A DNA stretch of 64,000 nt, from the NCBI GenBank assembly GCA_051362555.1, contig CM120641.1, positions 2,108,001 to 2,172,000 of the forward strand. The letters are read 5' to 3'. This DNA is from Lingula anatina. Lineage: Eukaryota; Animalia; Brachiopoda. Made by a program: the position numbers and the translations under genes. The notes beneath the pieces were generated by a model, which was not told the DNA's origin, made no database searches, and was given only the letters and a program-made list of their open reading frames with translations. This document shows, in pieces, positions 13,533-26,876 of this stretch (positions within the stretch are counted from its first letter, which is position 1; each line of letters begins with the position of its first letter).

Positions 13533-14494
13533 GCCATGGACATACTCCAATGGCTGCCTACTAATGATGTAACTGCTTTAGTATTTGTGTCTCAAGGCAT
13601 ACCACAAGACAGCTAGCTGGTCAAATATAGTTTTATTGAGGCTGAACCCTTCTAGTGCTGCCTGCTGCCAGGATCTTACTGGCTTTTGCTGCATTTAAAT
13701 AGAATTAAAATTGATATCAGAGATGGTATAGTGGTATAGATGAGTAATTGTAAAATGCTAGAGGCATCCTCAACTGAGGATGAGAGGGTATTAATTTTAA
13801 TCACCTTAACCATGCAATATATTCTTGCATTTGGTCATGCAAGTACATTTTGGACCCTGATATTTGTATCTCCTGGCTGCCTTATGCAAAGTACATATCT
13901 GATTTATTGTACAAACCAGTTAAGTCAAATTTTAGTTAACCGGAGCACCACTAGGTTTGCTGGCAATGAAACTCAGCTCTTCAACCAAGAGTTATATAGG
14001 CTAGATATTGTCGTAATCAGCTTCCATGGTTTGCAAAGATGTTCTTTTTTTCGTGTGGAGAAAACTTTTAACTTTTCACTACCTACACCACCTTTTGAAA
14101 GCATTCCTGTGAGAGCTTTTATACTGACACTCGTTAAAATTTTTCTCAACATGATTGACAATACTGCTCAGATTAACTTCAAACAGAATGTTCTTATTTC
14201 ATTACTAAATTTATACGTGTTGCGACTAGTTTTGCAAAAGTTTGAAAAAAAGAAAGCTGGCACAGTGAAAATTTAAGTACTTGCAGTCCGGTAGGGTCAC
14301 AACAGTACGTCAGAACTAACTGGATCAGACCACCTCAATATTACGTGAAGTTATGCATCTCTGATGCCAACGACACATGAGAATTTCCCATTTAGGAAAA
14401 GAAAATTACATGTGGACATGGCATCTTTGGAAGGTACTTATGAATTATGAATACCGTAGAATATGAACATTGAGCAGTAAGTAACAAACACTTA

Positions 14495-14701
14495 GACTGG
14501 GTTCCCATCCCTAGATCCATCTAACTGGATCGTCCATCTCCACAGGGTTTCTCCCTAAATTGTATTCAGCTTAAGTGGCTTAGATGTCTGACATGCCTGT
14601 TAAAGCTGCTAAACAATAGTTATTTACCCCCCACTGAAGTTAATTGCAATTAAGCGAGAATCACCTCGTAGATAGTTCGATCCAAAGTTGGAAATGGTCT
14701 C
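14495..14701. mobile_element. Harbinger-type MITE family A, copy 2 (internally deleted)
   Basis: tta|gactgggttcccatccctagatccatctaactggatcg..ggaaatggtctc; aligns to 5846-6087. Confidence 0.8.
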
Positions 14702-17700
14702 AATACTATCTGTTTCTTTAGGCTTGGTTCAGCTACCGGGGGTCCAGAAGAGAAATATAGTTATAAATGAGGTGCAATATGACGTATGGAAGTATCCAAT
14801 AAGTACCTTCCCCTGGGAGAGAGGGGAGAACAGAATATTTGATGCTGCAGTTGATGGGTCATGATTTCACAGTTAGCAGTCAGCACTTTCCTCTCTGAAA
14901 AAAAAAAGTTCTTTCAAAGTATGGTGGAAACTTGTTTTTTTTTTTTTCATGATTCGAAGAAAGTGGGCATTTTCTCAAACCACACCCGAAAAAAGTCTAA
15001 AAACTGTTAGATATTTATAAGTTAACCTTACATAATGTGTAAAATTGGACAGAGCAAAACACTTTTGAGCTGAAGAGTCCATTTTTTTTTATACTAAAGA
15101 GGCCACTGAATGATGAGACTTTGTTCCTTATGATTCTTATGATTTATGGGAATATCTCTTGTTTAAAACCAGTCCAGTATAAAAAGAAAAGAAAAATTAC
15201 ATATTGACATGGTATTTGGCAACACAAATCTATTTACAGACAAAGAAAAGAGCTGTTATTGGTTAGACTTATATCCACTCATATGTCTGTTTACATTCAA
15301 GGTCTGTTTACGTTCAGAAATCCTTATCTTGTCTACCATCAAAAATCTCTTCCCAATTAGATATAAAAAGAAAAGTTGCTGGTGTTGTGGATTTATTGTG
15401 AAGGCGTGTGCCGTTACAGTCAGGAAAGTAGTCAGGTGTAGTAAGGTAGGCGGGCAAAGTAGTATTTTTGGCAAATTCTAGTGATGCATTTTTTAGAGAA
15501 GAATTTTGTGGGAAGAATTTACAAGATTGCTTATTTTAGAGGTCAGTTTCTGATTTAAGTTATAAATGAGTTTAAGATTGATAAAAATAGTCAGAGAGGT
15601 ATACAAAGTTCTGGAACAAGGTTGAAAAGTAAATACCACAAATAATAAAAATATAATAAAATACCAGATTCCCAAAGATGAGCTTTGAGGTTGCTTTTTA
15701 AGAACTTGAATATAATATATCATGAATTTATATGTCCACAGAAAAATGACCAAAGATTCTTGCAAACAAATCATCTAAAATTAGTACATCAAATCATATA
15801 TAGCCCATGCAGTGTGCATTCTTTTTCACAGCATTCTCATTTTTGTTCTGCTGCATCCAGGATCACTTGTATCTCCTAGAATATCTGAAATCTCCAATGA
15901 TCTCATGCAGTGAAGAAAGGAAATTTATAGTTACTATATTTGCATGAAGTTTTTCCATCTCTGCTGTTAGTCCAGGTAGAGAGGGGGGATGGATGGTGGG
16001 AAGGAATTTATGTCTGTCCAATTGATATCAAAAAGCTGCAGAAAACATTTCATTAATTAAAAAAGAATTTAAGGTATTCCAACCTTTTTCAAGGTCCATC
16101 ATAGTTTAAAAAACATTGCCAACAGTAAGAATAATAGTTGATGGGACAGGAGCAAGATTAGATTGCCTTTTATAATGAACTAAACATATTAAAATAGGAA
16201 GTTGAGATAGTATGGAACCCAGACCTTACTCCGCGGTTGATTTAATACATAAATGTTCAATAACTAGGTGATTAAAAAAGTAAACCAGTGATAGATTTAC
16301 CAAAAAAAAAAAAAAGGTGAATTGTTCATATTTTTACTAGCCAAATAAGAAAATATTGATTATATGGCTAAAATTGGGCAGTTCTGAGCCCAGGCATAAA
16401 GTTCGTCCTTTGCAAAATTAAATGATCATTTGTGAATATGTCTGAAAGCAGTTTGTGACTTTTTTTTTGTTTTCATGACAGAAATTTTATGCACTAGTTT
16501 TACTATTATTTACTAAGAGTGACACCTGCCTGTTAAACTGTTCAAGGCTGCTATAAGCTCTCCACACACAGCACAGCTTGTGTATCCTGTGGTTATATCA
16601 AATGATTTGATATGGTCTTCTGGATTAAATCAACAAAGGCAATGAAATTTTGATAAGAAACACCATGTTTCAGTCCTTTGGTTTTAATTTCTCTTATTTG
16701 TGGAATTAGGTCAAAAAGGTAGTGGAGTATCAGAATTAAATTAAACTGTTTAAGAGCATGTTAATTAGTTTTGAACAACAATCTGCCAGTCCCAGCCCAG
16801 GACGGAGAAGTGAGGTATAACTGGGATTCAGACGAGAGAGGATGCTGTGATTTTTCCTGCCCTACGTCATTGAAGGCTTGCAGACCCTGCAGGTGCATGG
16901 AGATCCATAGGCGGTGATCAACATATGAACAAAAGCCAGGGTGAACTTTTAAACTAGTTGACCATGGACTGGAAATAATGTGCAAGTTACAAAATACACA
17001 AATATGTTTACCATTGCTTTGGTGAAAACTGCTGAAAGGAGCTCAGTTTTCATAAATGCGAAGTAGGTAAAAGGAGACTGTGAATAGTTTACAACACTTT
17101 GTTTTGTGCAAGTGCCGTCATTTCTATTGCAGCCATTCATTACGAACCTGTTTCACAAATCATAGTGCTCTCCTTTTCTTCTCCGGGCCATAAGCCTTGC
17201 TGTTAAATATGCTACATACTAAGAACTATTTACACAAGCTAGGGATCTTAAACAGCAAACCAAAGCAAAGCGAGGTACCTTTATCGGGGAAGTTTAGCAA
17301 GCAGGGGCACTGATCTGACAGCGAGCAGAGAGATAGTTATCAGGTAATATACATAAAATCTAGACAAAGTAAATTTGGATGTCACCTGGCTGCTTAGAAA
17401 TGAACACACAATTATGATTGCTAATAATTCTCAATATTGATCCGAGTTAGATGTTAACTTTTCTGAATAGTGGGCGAACTGGAATAATAAGACGGAGATT
17501 ACTGCTACCTGTCTCCATGCATTGAAGAGGTGGAAAAGGGCCGCACTTCTTATATAATATACACAGGTGAGTCGCTGTACCAGGCAGGCAAGATATCAAC
17601 ACATTATTAGCTTTGTTGTCTAGGGAGAACAGGAGCTCAATGTATCCAACTGGATGCTCACAATTGGCTCCATTTGGAAAGAATTGAACGAATTGTAGCC

Positions 17701-17996
17701 AAAGAGTTTGTTTTTAACTTAAGGTACCGTGTTATTTAATTGGATACTTGTTGGTTGTTTTTGTTTGGAGGATTGATGTTTTTTCATCCGATTTGAACCT
17801 TTAAAGTAGTGTAGGGCAGAGAAAAAAGGAAAGAGAGTGAAAAGCCAGCACATCTTACGTTTAATCCAATACTGTTCATGGCTCAGTTAAAGGTTTAAAA
17901 GGGTGGGCTCATCTTTCTGTCAGTCTCACCAGCTTTTACCTGGATAACGACAGTGGGAAATGCTTCTTTTGTAAACATACCTCAGTATAAACTTAG

Positions 17997-18181
17997 ACTG
18001 TTGGCAAGATCTGCTTGGTAACTTTCCACTTTCCAGGGACTACTGCTGACTGGTAGGATTAATAACTCAATACTGAAATATTAAGCCTCTGCAAAATATC
18101 AACTGCTAAGGAGAGAGTTTTTGAAGAATTGCCAGAGTATTCAGTTGTACTGTTACCTTGAGCAGGTCTTCTGGGTCTGTC
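17997..18181. mobile_element. Highly degenerate MITE-like inverted repeat
   Basis: tta|gactg..aagatctgcttggtaac pairs loosely with gttaccttgagcaggtctt. Confidence 0.35.
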
Positions 18182-18338
18182 GGGTGAAATTACAGGTGAT
18201 AAAATGTCAGGAAAACTATCGACACCCAGTGTGTTATCCACCAGCCCTAAGAATTGGCACATTTGGTTTGGAAAAACTGAGCTTGCCCTCAGTGAGACAT
18301 TTTAATGCTCAAAGTCAAAATTGTTTTTTAGTTTCACA

Positions 18339-18564
18339 GACTGCCTTCCCATACCTAGATCGATCTAACAGGATCGATCCATCTCCAAGGGGCTTCTCGT
18401 TTAATTGCTTTCAGCTTAAGCTGCTAAACGATAATTAATTATCCCTAGCAGTGCCAGTAGGCGTGACTGACATTTAAGCCGCTCAAGTTGATTGCAATTT
18501 AGCAAGAATCCCCTTGGAGATAGAGCGATCCAGCGTTAGTACAATAGGGTCTGGAAATGGTCCC
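18339..18564. mobile_element. Harbinger-type MITE family A, copy 3
   Basis: cctagatcgatctaacaggatcgatccatctcc..gataattaattatccctagcag..gggtctggaaatggtccc|tta. Confidence 0.85.
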
Positions 18565-19203
18565 TTAGACACACCATTACACACCATGTATAAGGCTTTT
18601 GATCTGAATGATTTGCATGTTATATACCCTCCCATACTAAATGAGAGATTATTCTATCTGTCCAGACAAAAAAAATATATTTGTATGTTTCTTGTTGTTT
18701 TAAATTTTGAGAAGAATAGTACATCAGTATGTATTTACATGTAGATGGGCAATTTTGGTAAACGTTTCAGTGGTAAGAATATAAAATATTCTAAACACAA
18801 TACCAAAGCATGCCATACAGTTAGTTTTCTTTGTTTGCTTGATAACCATCAGTCCAGTAAAATTTGTTAACCCATGGCCTGTATATTAAATGACTGCTAG
18901 CGGTGATGACCCCCAGTTAGATTGTTAAGTAGACGGAGCAGTAACTGGCGGGGATGACCCATCTTCTTTAGAAAGATCTGCATTTCACTCCCGCAGGACA
19001 AATGAATTTTTTGTGCCAGGTTATTTTTGTTTGGCTTTTTCAGTTATTAGTAATGTCATTTTGTTAAAATATTTATACTGATGTTCGATTAAAAACAGAG
19101 TTGGAGTTTTTCATTTTTTTTACCACACTGATTTCAGTTGAAGACCTGCATGTGATGCATGTTTTTTGATACTGAATATAAGCTTTATGACAGCATATTC
19201 AAG

Positions 19204-19564
19204 CAGAAATGCTGAAAACTATTCAGAATGGTCGGACATTTGGACTGGCAGTAATGAAAAATTTGCTGGACCTAATGGATTTTTGTCGTCCAAAAATCAC
19301 CCTATTCGTTTGAGACATATAGTACCAGTATTATCAGGGTAGCTTATTTTGTTTGTGAATGTGAGAGGTTTGAAATGGAAGTGAAAAAACATTTTGGGTC
19401 TTATATAATTTTATTAGTGAAGTATGTCGAATGATGACTGTAAATTCAAAAGTGCAGCTCTTAAATCTCTTGTCGGTCTTTGGACCGACCAAGTCCAATT
19501 TTTTACCGGTCCAGAAAAATTTTGCCGGTCATGACCAATTGGACCGACAGTTTCTGCATGTCTG
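19204..19564. mobile_element. hAT-type MITE (361 bp)
   Basis: TIR cagaaatgctgaaaact / agtttctgcatgtctg; 8-bp TSD tattcaag / tattcaaa (7 of 8 match); subterminal ggacc/ggtcc motifs. Confidence 0.75.
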
Positions 19565-22500
19565 TATTCAAATCAAGGCAAAACAAACAACATGTCCATG
19601 TTTTCATTCAATGTTGAGGTAATATCCTGGTCTACATAGGACAGGTAGCCTGCTGTAAGAGGCTCTCATCTCACAGGGGGCCTCTACTCCTGAACCCTCC
19701 ATCTTGGAAGTCACAGACCTGATGAGATATGCCATTTTATTTTGGCTAAAAACATCCTCAAAAGGTGCCTCCTAGAAACTGCCAGGGGAAAGAGGGAGCT
19801 AATTGGCTTTTTTTCTTCTTTTTCTTTTTTTTTTTTTTTTAACCCGTGAATCTTAATGGCTGATGTGCAGAAAAATTCGAGCAGGCGTTTGTAACGTATC
19901 AGGTGTAGGTTTCTAGTGTCTGTAGCTTGCCACATATTCTAGGACTCTTGATAAGTAATGGCCTGGAAACACCTTCACTGATATGATTTGCTTGAAAAAG
20001 CGGAATGGATAGAGCAATTGCTACTGCTGCTGTTGTTGTTGTTGTTCTAGCTGTAACTTAAACATGCCTTGTTGCAGTTGATTACATCATTTAAAGTATT
20101 TGTAACTTCATGATATCTCCATTTACCCAGGCGACTTGAGAGCAATTTTCTGCATTTTTTGGCTTTGCCAACTTTCATCATAAAAACCTTGGTTACATAG
20201 AGCTGACCCTGTATTCTCATTGTGATGTATCATGACAAAGATTTCAAAGTTGAGGACCAAAGCTGCTTTAGCAATGCAAATCACTGCATGGGGCAGTGCA
20301 GTCAACTGTTTTTTATTTCCTGAGCTTCATAATACAATACATATTGCAATTCATATTGCAAAAGATTTGATGATTCCCCTCTTTGTTAAGCTTAATTATC
20401 ATCATTTACCATAGAAAGTACTTTCTGGTCTGAAAAAAAAAAAAAAAAAAAAAAAAGATCAATAAATAATAACAATAATAATTTTGGAACCAGGTTTTAC
20501 GAGCAAAACATCAATAAGAAACATTTATAAAGAAAATATTTAATCTGAAAAGAACGGCCTATTCACGGCTAAAACTAGCTAAAACGGCTTTTGCTGGATT
20601 TTATTCTAACTCAAAGCAAAAGTTGGGGTGTGATGAGCAAGAGCGATTATGAAGGAAGCTTTTGGAACTTATTTGTTTTTTAAAGGTGTGAATCCTTCGG
20701 ATAAACCAGCTACAAACTGTAATATATCCATGGAACTGGTCATTACTTGCATTGTAATCCTTATCTTTAATGTCGGAGGGGAGAGATAGAGAATTGTTAG
20801 TATTCAAAACAACCCTTTTTTTTTCTGGAATCTTTGGTCCAGACCTGGTGTTGTTATCTGGTCAGACGGGTTATAGAGAGGAGAAGCATGCTATGATATT
20901 TATGAATGGAAGTCTTCTCTGCACCTGACTGCTGGATCACTGAGAGGGGAGGATTGCTTTGATGCTGGATTGTACTACTGGCTGGGAATGTGGGACATTT
21001 GTACACCATAGACACCGTGATTTTTTTTTTTTTTTTTTTTTTTTTTAGGAGAGTAGGTTTAAAGATTTTTTTTTGTTAGGAGAGTAGGTTTAAAGAAATA
21101 TGAAGATGGTTGTTAAGTGTGAATAACTTAAATAAAAGAAATTAACTTTATTATATGCAGTTACCTTCCATTCATTGTAATGTGCGAAGAGGATGATGAA
21201 AATTGATAGATATAAGGAGAAAGTTTAAAAGGGACAGAAGGCACTTTTGGGTGGCGTTTTAACTCAGGCAGTATACTCTAAGACGTATAACACTTAAAAA
21301 ACATTCCCATAGCAGACAAAAGTGAAATTTGACACACTTATGAAGATGACCTACAAGGCTCCTGTTTGAAGTGTTTTCAAACCTTTCATGACGACTGCCT
21401 TTTAGGATGTGTATTGTGTCAAACTCATTTAAATGTATTTGTTATTGTTGGCGGCTTTGTAGTCTGAATTTTGACAGATGAGGTCAACCTGGGCAACTGA
21501 GGAATTCTCCACAAGTGCGCTGGCTTAAAAAAATTCAAAAGTACTTTTTTATTTGACATTTTTAGTGTTGCGTTAAGTCAAAGAAAAACTATACTTATTT
21601 AAGTAGCGCATAACACTGAGTGGTACGAGCTAGGATGCACTGTGTTTTGTTTATGTCGAGAATGATCGTTTACAGATTCATTGAAAATTGATAAGACCAT
21701 AGGAGTACAAATGAGCATAAGGTAGTTTTTAAAAAATCTTGTAAACTAAATATGTATCTCCTTTTTAAGAACATGTACACTTCTGCAAATCTGTAAATAA
21801 TTTTAAAACAGAAGTGGCAAAAGTTACCTTTGCCTGAGGTGGTAATTGAAGAAAAAAATTAAAGGAAAACAGAATTTGTGGATATTAAATAATAAGTGAT
21901 AAGACAAATATGCTTTTTTTTAAATGAAATTATTGTTTTATATTTGTTATCTTTATCTTTAGGACCTTAGAGAACCAACTAACCCCAAAATAGTGGTAGT
22001 CCTAAGGTGTAAAAAATTTCATCCACACAAAAAGTTTCACAGGAAGCTGACTTCCGCTCAAGTCACGACCAATAATGGGTGTAACTGCTATATTTCACTA
22101 TACGGCCTCTGTAGTACCATTCTCTTTGGGTTTAACTTAAAACTATTCCCAGAGATGGGGTTGAGGTAAACCTGAAGAGGACTCCAATGAAGCCTTTAGA
22201 TGTTATGTGAATGTAAGCTTTAATGTAGCCTTTTGTCACTGTTCTGATTTAAAATCTAGAGCTCTGTGTTGCTTATTTCAATCGAAGGCAAAATCTGTCT
22301 CTATTTTTCTTGCTTGGGTACTTTGATGAGGTACATGAATTTCAGAAAAGTGTTACATTGTTGAGATGATATCTGAATAGTGACTGAATTAATTCATCTT
22401 AAATAATTATAATCAAAAGACGTATGCATTATCCGTCCAAGATGTTTATATTTTTCTTTTTATGAGAACAGTTTTCCCCTAAACGTTCTTCAGAAATGGT

Positions 22501-22631
22501 TTTGTATGAGGACTATTCCTTCATTGTGTGTGCACCAATTACTGCTACTGCTACTGAGTTTTCAGAAGATGGACATTCAGCAAATACCCATGGTTCTGCA
22601 GCATATTTGGCTCAGCTGTGGATACATATTA

Positions 22632-22805
22632 GGCTCCATTCACAACAGTGGACTAACTAGTCCACTGGTCAAATATGACGACCACTAAAAAGCTTGCCCT
22701 CAAATCCACTCATAGACACTGAATAGATTCCTAGTGAGGAAGAATTCAAGTGGGTTAGCCATATTTGACCCTTGGGCTAGTTAGTCCACTGTTCTGAATG
22801 GGGCC
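22632..22805. mobile_element. Harbinger-type MITE family C, copy 1
   Basis: TTA/TTA TSD; TIR ggctccattcacaacagtggactaactag / ctagttagtccactgttctgaatggggcc. Confidence 0.9.
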
Positions 22806-23371
22806 TTAGCTGTGCTCCCAGATTGTGTTCACTGTCAGTTTACAAGCATTGCAAAGAGCTCTCATCACACGTAAAGCAATGTTGTCTGGTGACACATTTT
22901 TCCCCCCAAAGTCAAAACTGGTCATGGTGGCTTGACATCTTTTGTGTTTCTTGTATAAATACCCTGGCTGTAAGCAAGAAAATGCTGTCACACATGAAGA
23001 TGCTATTATTTATATCTTTCTTTCCAATGTCATGTTTGCACTGATTGACCTCAGGGGAAAGAAGGATGTTAATATATATATATGATTTAAATTGTCTACC
23101 CCGAACCAGTCCTTGTGTCATTTTAGTTTAACTTGTAGCTATGAGAAGTCATGTCGGCCGAAAGCTATGTGGCACAATGAGAAGAGAAAATGAGTAAGTT
23201 TTTTTTTCTAAATAAAAAGAAATTACTTTGAGCAGGAGGACTACAACGTTATCTGTCATGATGGATGGGTTCAAGGCCGGCCTGGTATCATTGGTCACCT
23301 AACTGGTGTCACTGAGTGGTCAGGGATACCGCCACCTGTCTGGGGACTGGCCAGAGCTGACCCATCTGTGT

Positions 23372-23545
23372 CTGGGGTATTGCTAGCAATTTTTTTTCGC
23401 GAAGCCAAATCACCACTTTTTTGTCAATTTGTTATCCAGATGATTATAATTTGACTAAAACACGTCAAATCAAGCCTTTTTTTGTTTGCCAATTTAAGTC
23501 AGGTTTAGCATTTGGCTAAATTGGAGAGTGTTAGCGCTACCCCAG
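23372..23545. mobile_element. hAT-type MITE (174 bp)
   Basis: TIR ctggggtattgctagca / tgttagcgctaccccag; 8-bp TSD atctgtgt / aactgtgt (7 of 8 match). Confidence 0.75.
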
Positions 23546-25429
23546 AACTGTGTCTTAAAATTTGACAAAGACAGAAAAAATAAAATGAGAACACTCTCTC
23601 TCTCTCTCTGCACATTAATTCACACATGAATAACACAAATAAACTATAAATCAGTGAGAAAGGGAGGGGAATGGACTAACCTCTAACCTGCAGACAGAAA
23701 ACAAATTATTTTAATATGCCATTGTCTTATTTTAGCATAACTTGTTGGTTTTTGCATTGTAATGTACAATGTGGTAGAATTATGTCTGTTAGAGAAAAAT
23801 GTATGATTCATATCCAGGGATAAGTGAGCAGGGCTAAGACCAGGATGCTGGTGAAGGTAAAATTTTTTGAATGTTTTACATGTCAGATATATTCGTGTCT
23901 TCTTCTTAATTGTGATAAAGCAAGGAAGTGGATGGCCTGATTATGTAGATTAGATGTCACCTTTTTCACAGTCAGAATTCATCTGGTTTTGTCTTTCACC
24001 ATATCATCATAGAAGAGGTTGGCTGATATTTTTTATCTTCAAGGTAAACTTTGATTATATTTGTGTTATGTAGATATCATTTGGTTCATTCGTGTTTAGA
24101 ATGTAATATTTAATGCTTGGTGCAGCTGCCAATGGGTATTATTTTGATATGGAAACTGTATGAATGTAATTGAGGGAAATTAGATTTATAGTGTTCAGGT
24201 CCAAACTTTTTTCACTAATTTCTAATAGTTTCAACCTTTCTTTCTGTCTTGGCCACAAATTAAAAACAATTGAAGTAATTTCCTTATATTATTAAAGATC
24301 CAGTAAAGTTATTAACTCAAAAATGTAATTGTTTGTCTATAATTTCTCCACCCTAATCCCCTTACCACCTAAGAGGGAAGGAAAAGAATTAACTTCTGTA
24401 ATGTCCTGTGCATAGTAAGTGCTATAAAAACATTTTTGATTCAGCATCGTCAACCTTGAAAAGACGTTCTCTTTTAAAGATAATCAAAACTTTATTTGTA
24501 TCCATCTGCGTCAGAGTATATTATGAAGAGGAAAGGTATTCATGGAAAGGGAAAGTGCTTTCTATTTCAAATGGTGTTCAATATATTCAGGATATCTAAA
24601 AATAATATGATAAATGAATCATTATTGATCAAGTAAATGAAACAGATTTTAACTATGTTACAAAATAGCTCATCACTAGACTGTTGTTGAATCCATTTTT
24701 TATGTTGATTTGTCAGGATTGTATTTGTTATAATTATCCCTGATGATTAAATGCCTTAGCAAGGCAAATAATATTTATGTTATAAACCTTTTGTGTCTGA
24801 CATCACCAATAAGGAAGATTTCTTTGACTAGTTGTAACAGGTAGTTGTAGAGTCATATTCCATTATTTCCTGATAATATGAAAATTATAGATTCCTCCAG
24901 AGGTGACACATGGTTACAGTATGGGCCCTTATATATTTGCTTATATAAAGTCTAAAAGACATAGGATAATTATATATATTGTTATTATATCTTGTTATGC
25001 AAATGCAATAGAAGGATATGAGCTGTGCAGCCCAGAGCTTGCTTCTCAGGAATGATGACGTCAATGCAAAGGACCCTTACACAAGTGGTAGACATTTTCT
25101 ACATTATCCAATAACCCTGCAATACTTGAGAGGTCTTTTTGAATATTGTATCCCAGTAAATCGGCACTTTGTCTCCTAGTCTGTAAGATGGTTGATTTAA
25201 TTTTCCTCTCATACTTGTGATTTCTGTAAACATGCAGGTTTGACTGATACATATACCCTCAGGATTTTGCTGCCACTTACTGGGTTGTTTTACCAAGCAA
25301 TTGGCAGTGTTTTATTGTCTGCCGGGGTAGGTTTTTGTAATATGGAGATAGTCATCTTCTACAGTCATTTTTGTGGGTCATCCTAAACATTGATATAAGT
25401 TGTTGTGTACTATAGTACAGTGCAACTTA

Positions 25430-25643
25430 GGCTCTATTCCCATAGATTTAGATCGATCTATCCCAGTGGGGAGTCTCACTAGATTACTGTCAGATAATCC
25501 GACTTAAATGTCCGTCCCGCCTACTACAAGCTATAAGGGGGTAATTAACTTTGGTGTCCGCCCGGCTGACAGCTATTTAGCGTGAACCCCCAGGGAGTTA
25601 GGTCGATCTAAAGTAGGTCGATCTAATCAATTGAAATGGGGTG
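25430..25643 (+). mobile_element. Harbinger-type MITE family B, cluster copy 1
   Basis: TTA at 25427-25429 and 25644-25646; same orientation as 10603. Confidence 0.9.
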
Positions 25644-25646
25644 TTA

Positions 25647-25860
25647 GACCCCATTCCCAGAGATTAGATCGATCCAAACTAGATCGACCTAACTCCCTAG
25701 GGGTTCACGCTAAATAGCTATCAGCCGAGCGGGCACGAAAGTTAATTACCCCCTTACAGCTTGTAGTAGGCGGGACGGACATTTAAGCCGGATTATCTGA
25801 CAGTAATCTAGTGAGACTCCCCACTGGGATAGATCGATCTAAACGTCTGGGAATACGCCC
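25647..25860 (-). mobile_element. Harbinger-type MITE family B, cluster copy 2 (inverted; shares TTA with copy 1)
   Basis: Reverse complement of the copy 1 body; TTA at 25644-25646 and 25861-25863. Confidence 0.9.
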
Positions 25861-25892
25861 TTACTGTATTGGTTGGCATAAACCGTGTCTAA

Positions 25893-26118
25893 GGGTGATT
25901 TCCCAGAGATTTAGATCGATCTAGAGATTAAGATTTAGGTCGACCTAACTCCCTGGGGGTTCACGCTAAATTGCAGTCAGCCGAGTGGGCACCATAGTTA
26001 ATTACCCCCTTACAGCTTGTAGTAGGCGGGACAGACGCTTAAGCCGGCCAAGCTGACAGTAATCTAGTGAGACTCCCCACCGGGATAGATCGATCTAAAA
26101 ATCTATGGAAATGGGGTG
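25893..26118 (-). mobile_element. Harbinger-type MITE family B, cluster copy 3
   Basis: TAA at 25890-25892 and 26119-26121; same orientation as copy 2 with distinct substitutions. Confidence 0.9.
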
Positions 26119-26876
26119 TAAATGATGGTGGTTTTTAACATTAACTGCTATAACTGCTGCAGAAATATCAGGGCTATTTTATACTTGAGATGGATCAAAC
26201 TTGTGCTCCCAGAGAACTGCTGTGTTGTGCTCTCTCTCTCTCTCTCTCATGTTGTTACGCCGTGGACATGATGCAGTTTGGACCAAAATCATTCAGTCTA
26301 TATTAGTCTAGTCTGAACACAACCGAACACTTTTATAGGACAGTTTACAGCTGCCAATATTTTAAATGCACTATATTAAAACCATACCCAGAATTTCATG
26401 TGCATATGCGTGTATGTAAAACTGTCCCCATGCATGTATGTTTCATTGCCTTCTGCCCAGTGAGTGTTTGTTTGAACACAGTTTTTGTTTATGCATAGAT
26501 ATAGAAGTGGACTACTTGCAAGTCTATGAACTGGATGGCTTAGTGGCAGGACGGCATAGAACCGAGTATTGATTACTTACTTAGCCAGCTTTGTTCTTAA
26601 TAAGTAGACAACAAATTTCTCCCCGCATTTAAGTATCTAGGAGAGGATGGCAGACGGGGACAGATTGGGATAATTTGAATGATACGGTATTCCATAGTAG
26701 GTTAAGGAGAGGGAGGGTAACTGACTTTTACCAAAAATCATTCCCAACCATAGAATTGTTTTAGAGAATTACAGGAAATTTTGGGTCATGTATGATAAGT
26801 ATGAGTTGATATAATAATTTAAGACAGATCTAAAATGACATGGGGAACTTCATACACTTGAACAAGCCTGACCAAT

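Larger units (their letters stand above)
12436..13570 (+). mobile_element. Decayed 3' end of an RTE-clade LINE, interrupted by two DNA elements
   Basis: Broken frames read QEKRLNTLHMRCMHQILSVWWTDMVTKNSVFRVAGIPSL, then WLGHVQRLEDSWIPKDLLFG..LHFRDVC..WDSLSEDR..YTCKICHHVC..RIGL. These match typical RTE post-RT motifs (RCLRRIL, RLRWLGHV.RM.D.RIPK, C-terminal CxxC). Confidence 0.85.

Noticed and set aside
13740-14276. Longest ORF in the track (178 aa)
   Set aside because: AT-driven composition (F/L/I-rich), no recognisable motif or exon signals; consistent with chance.
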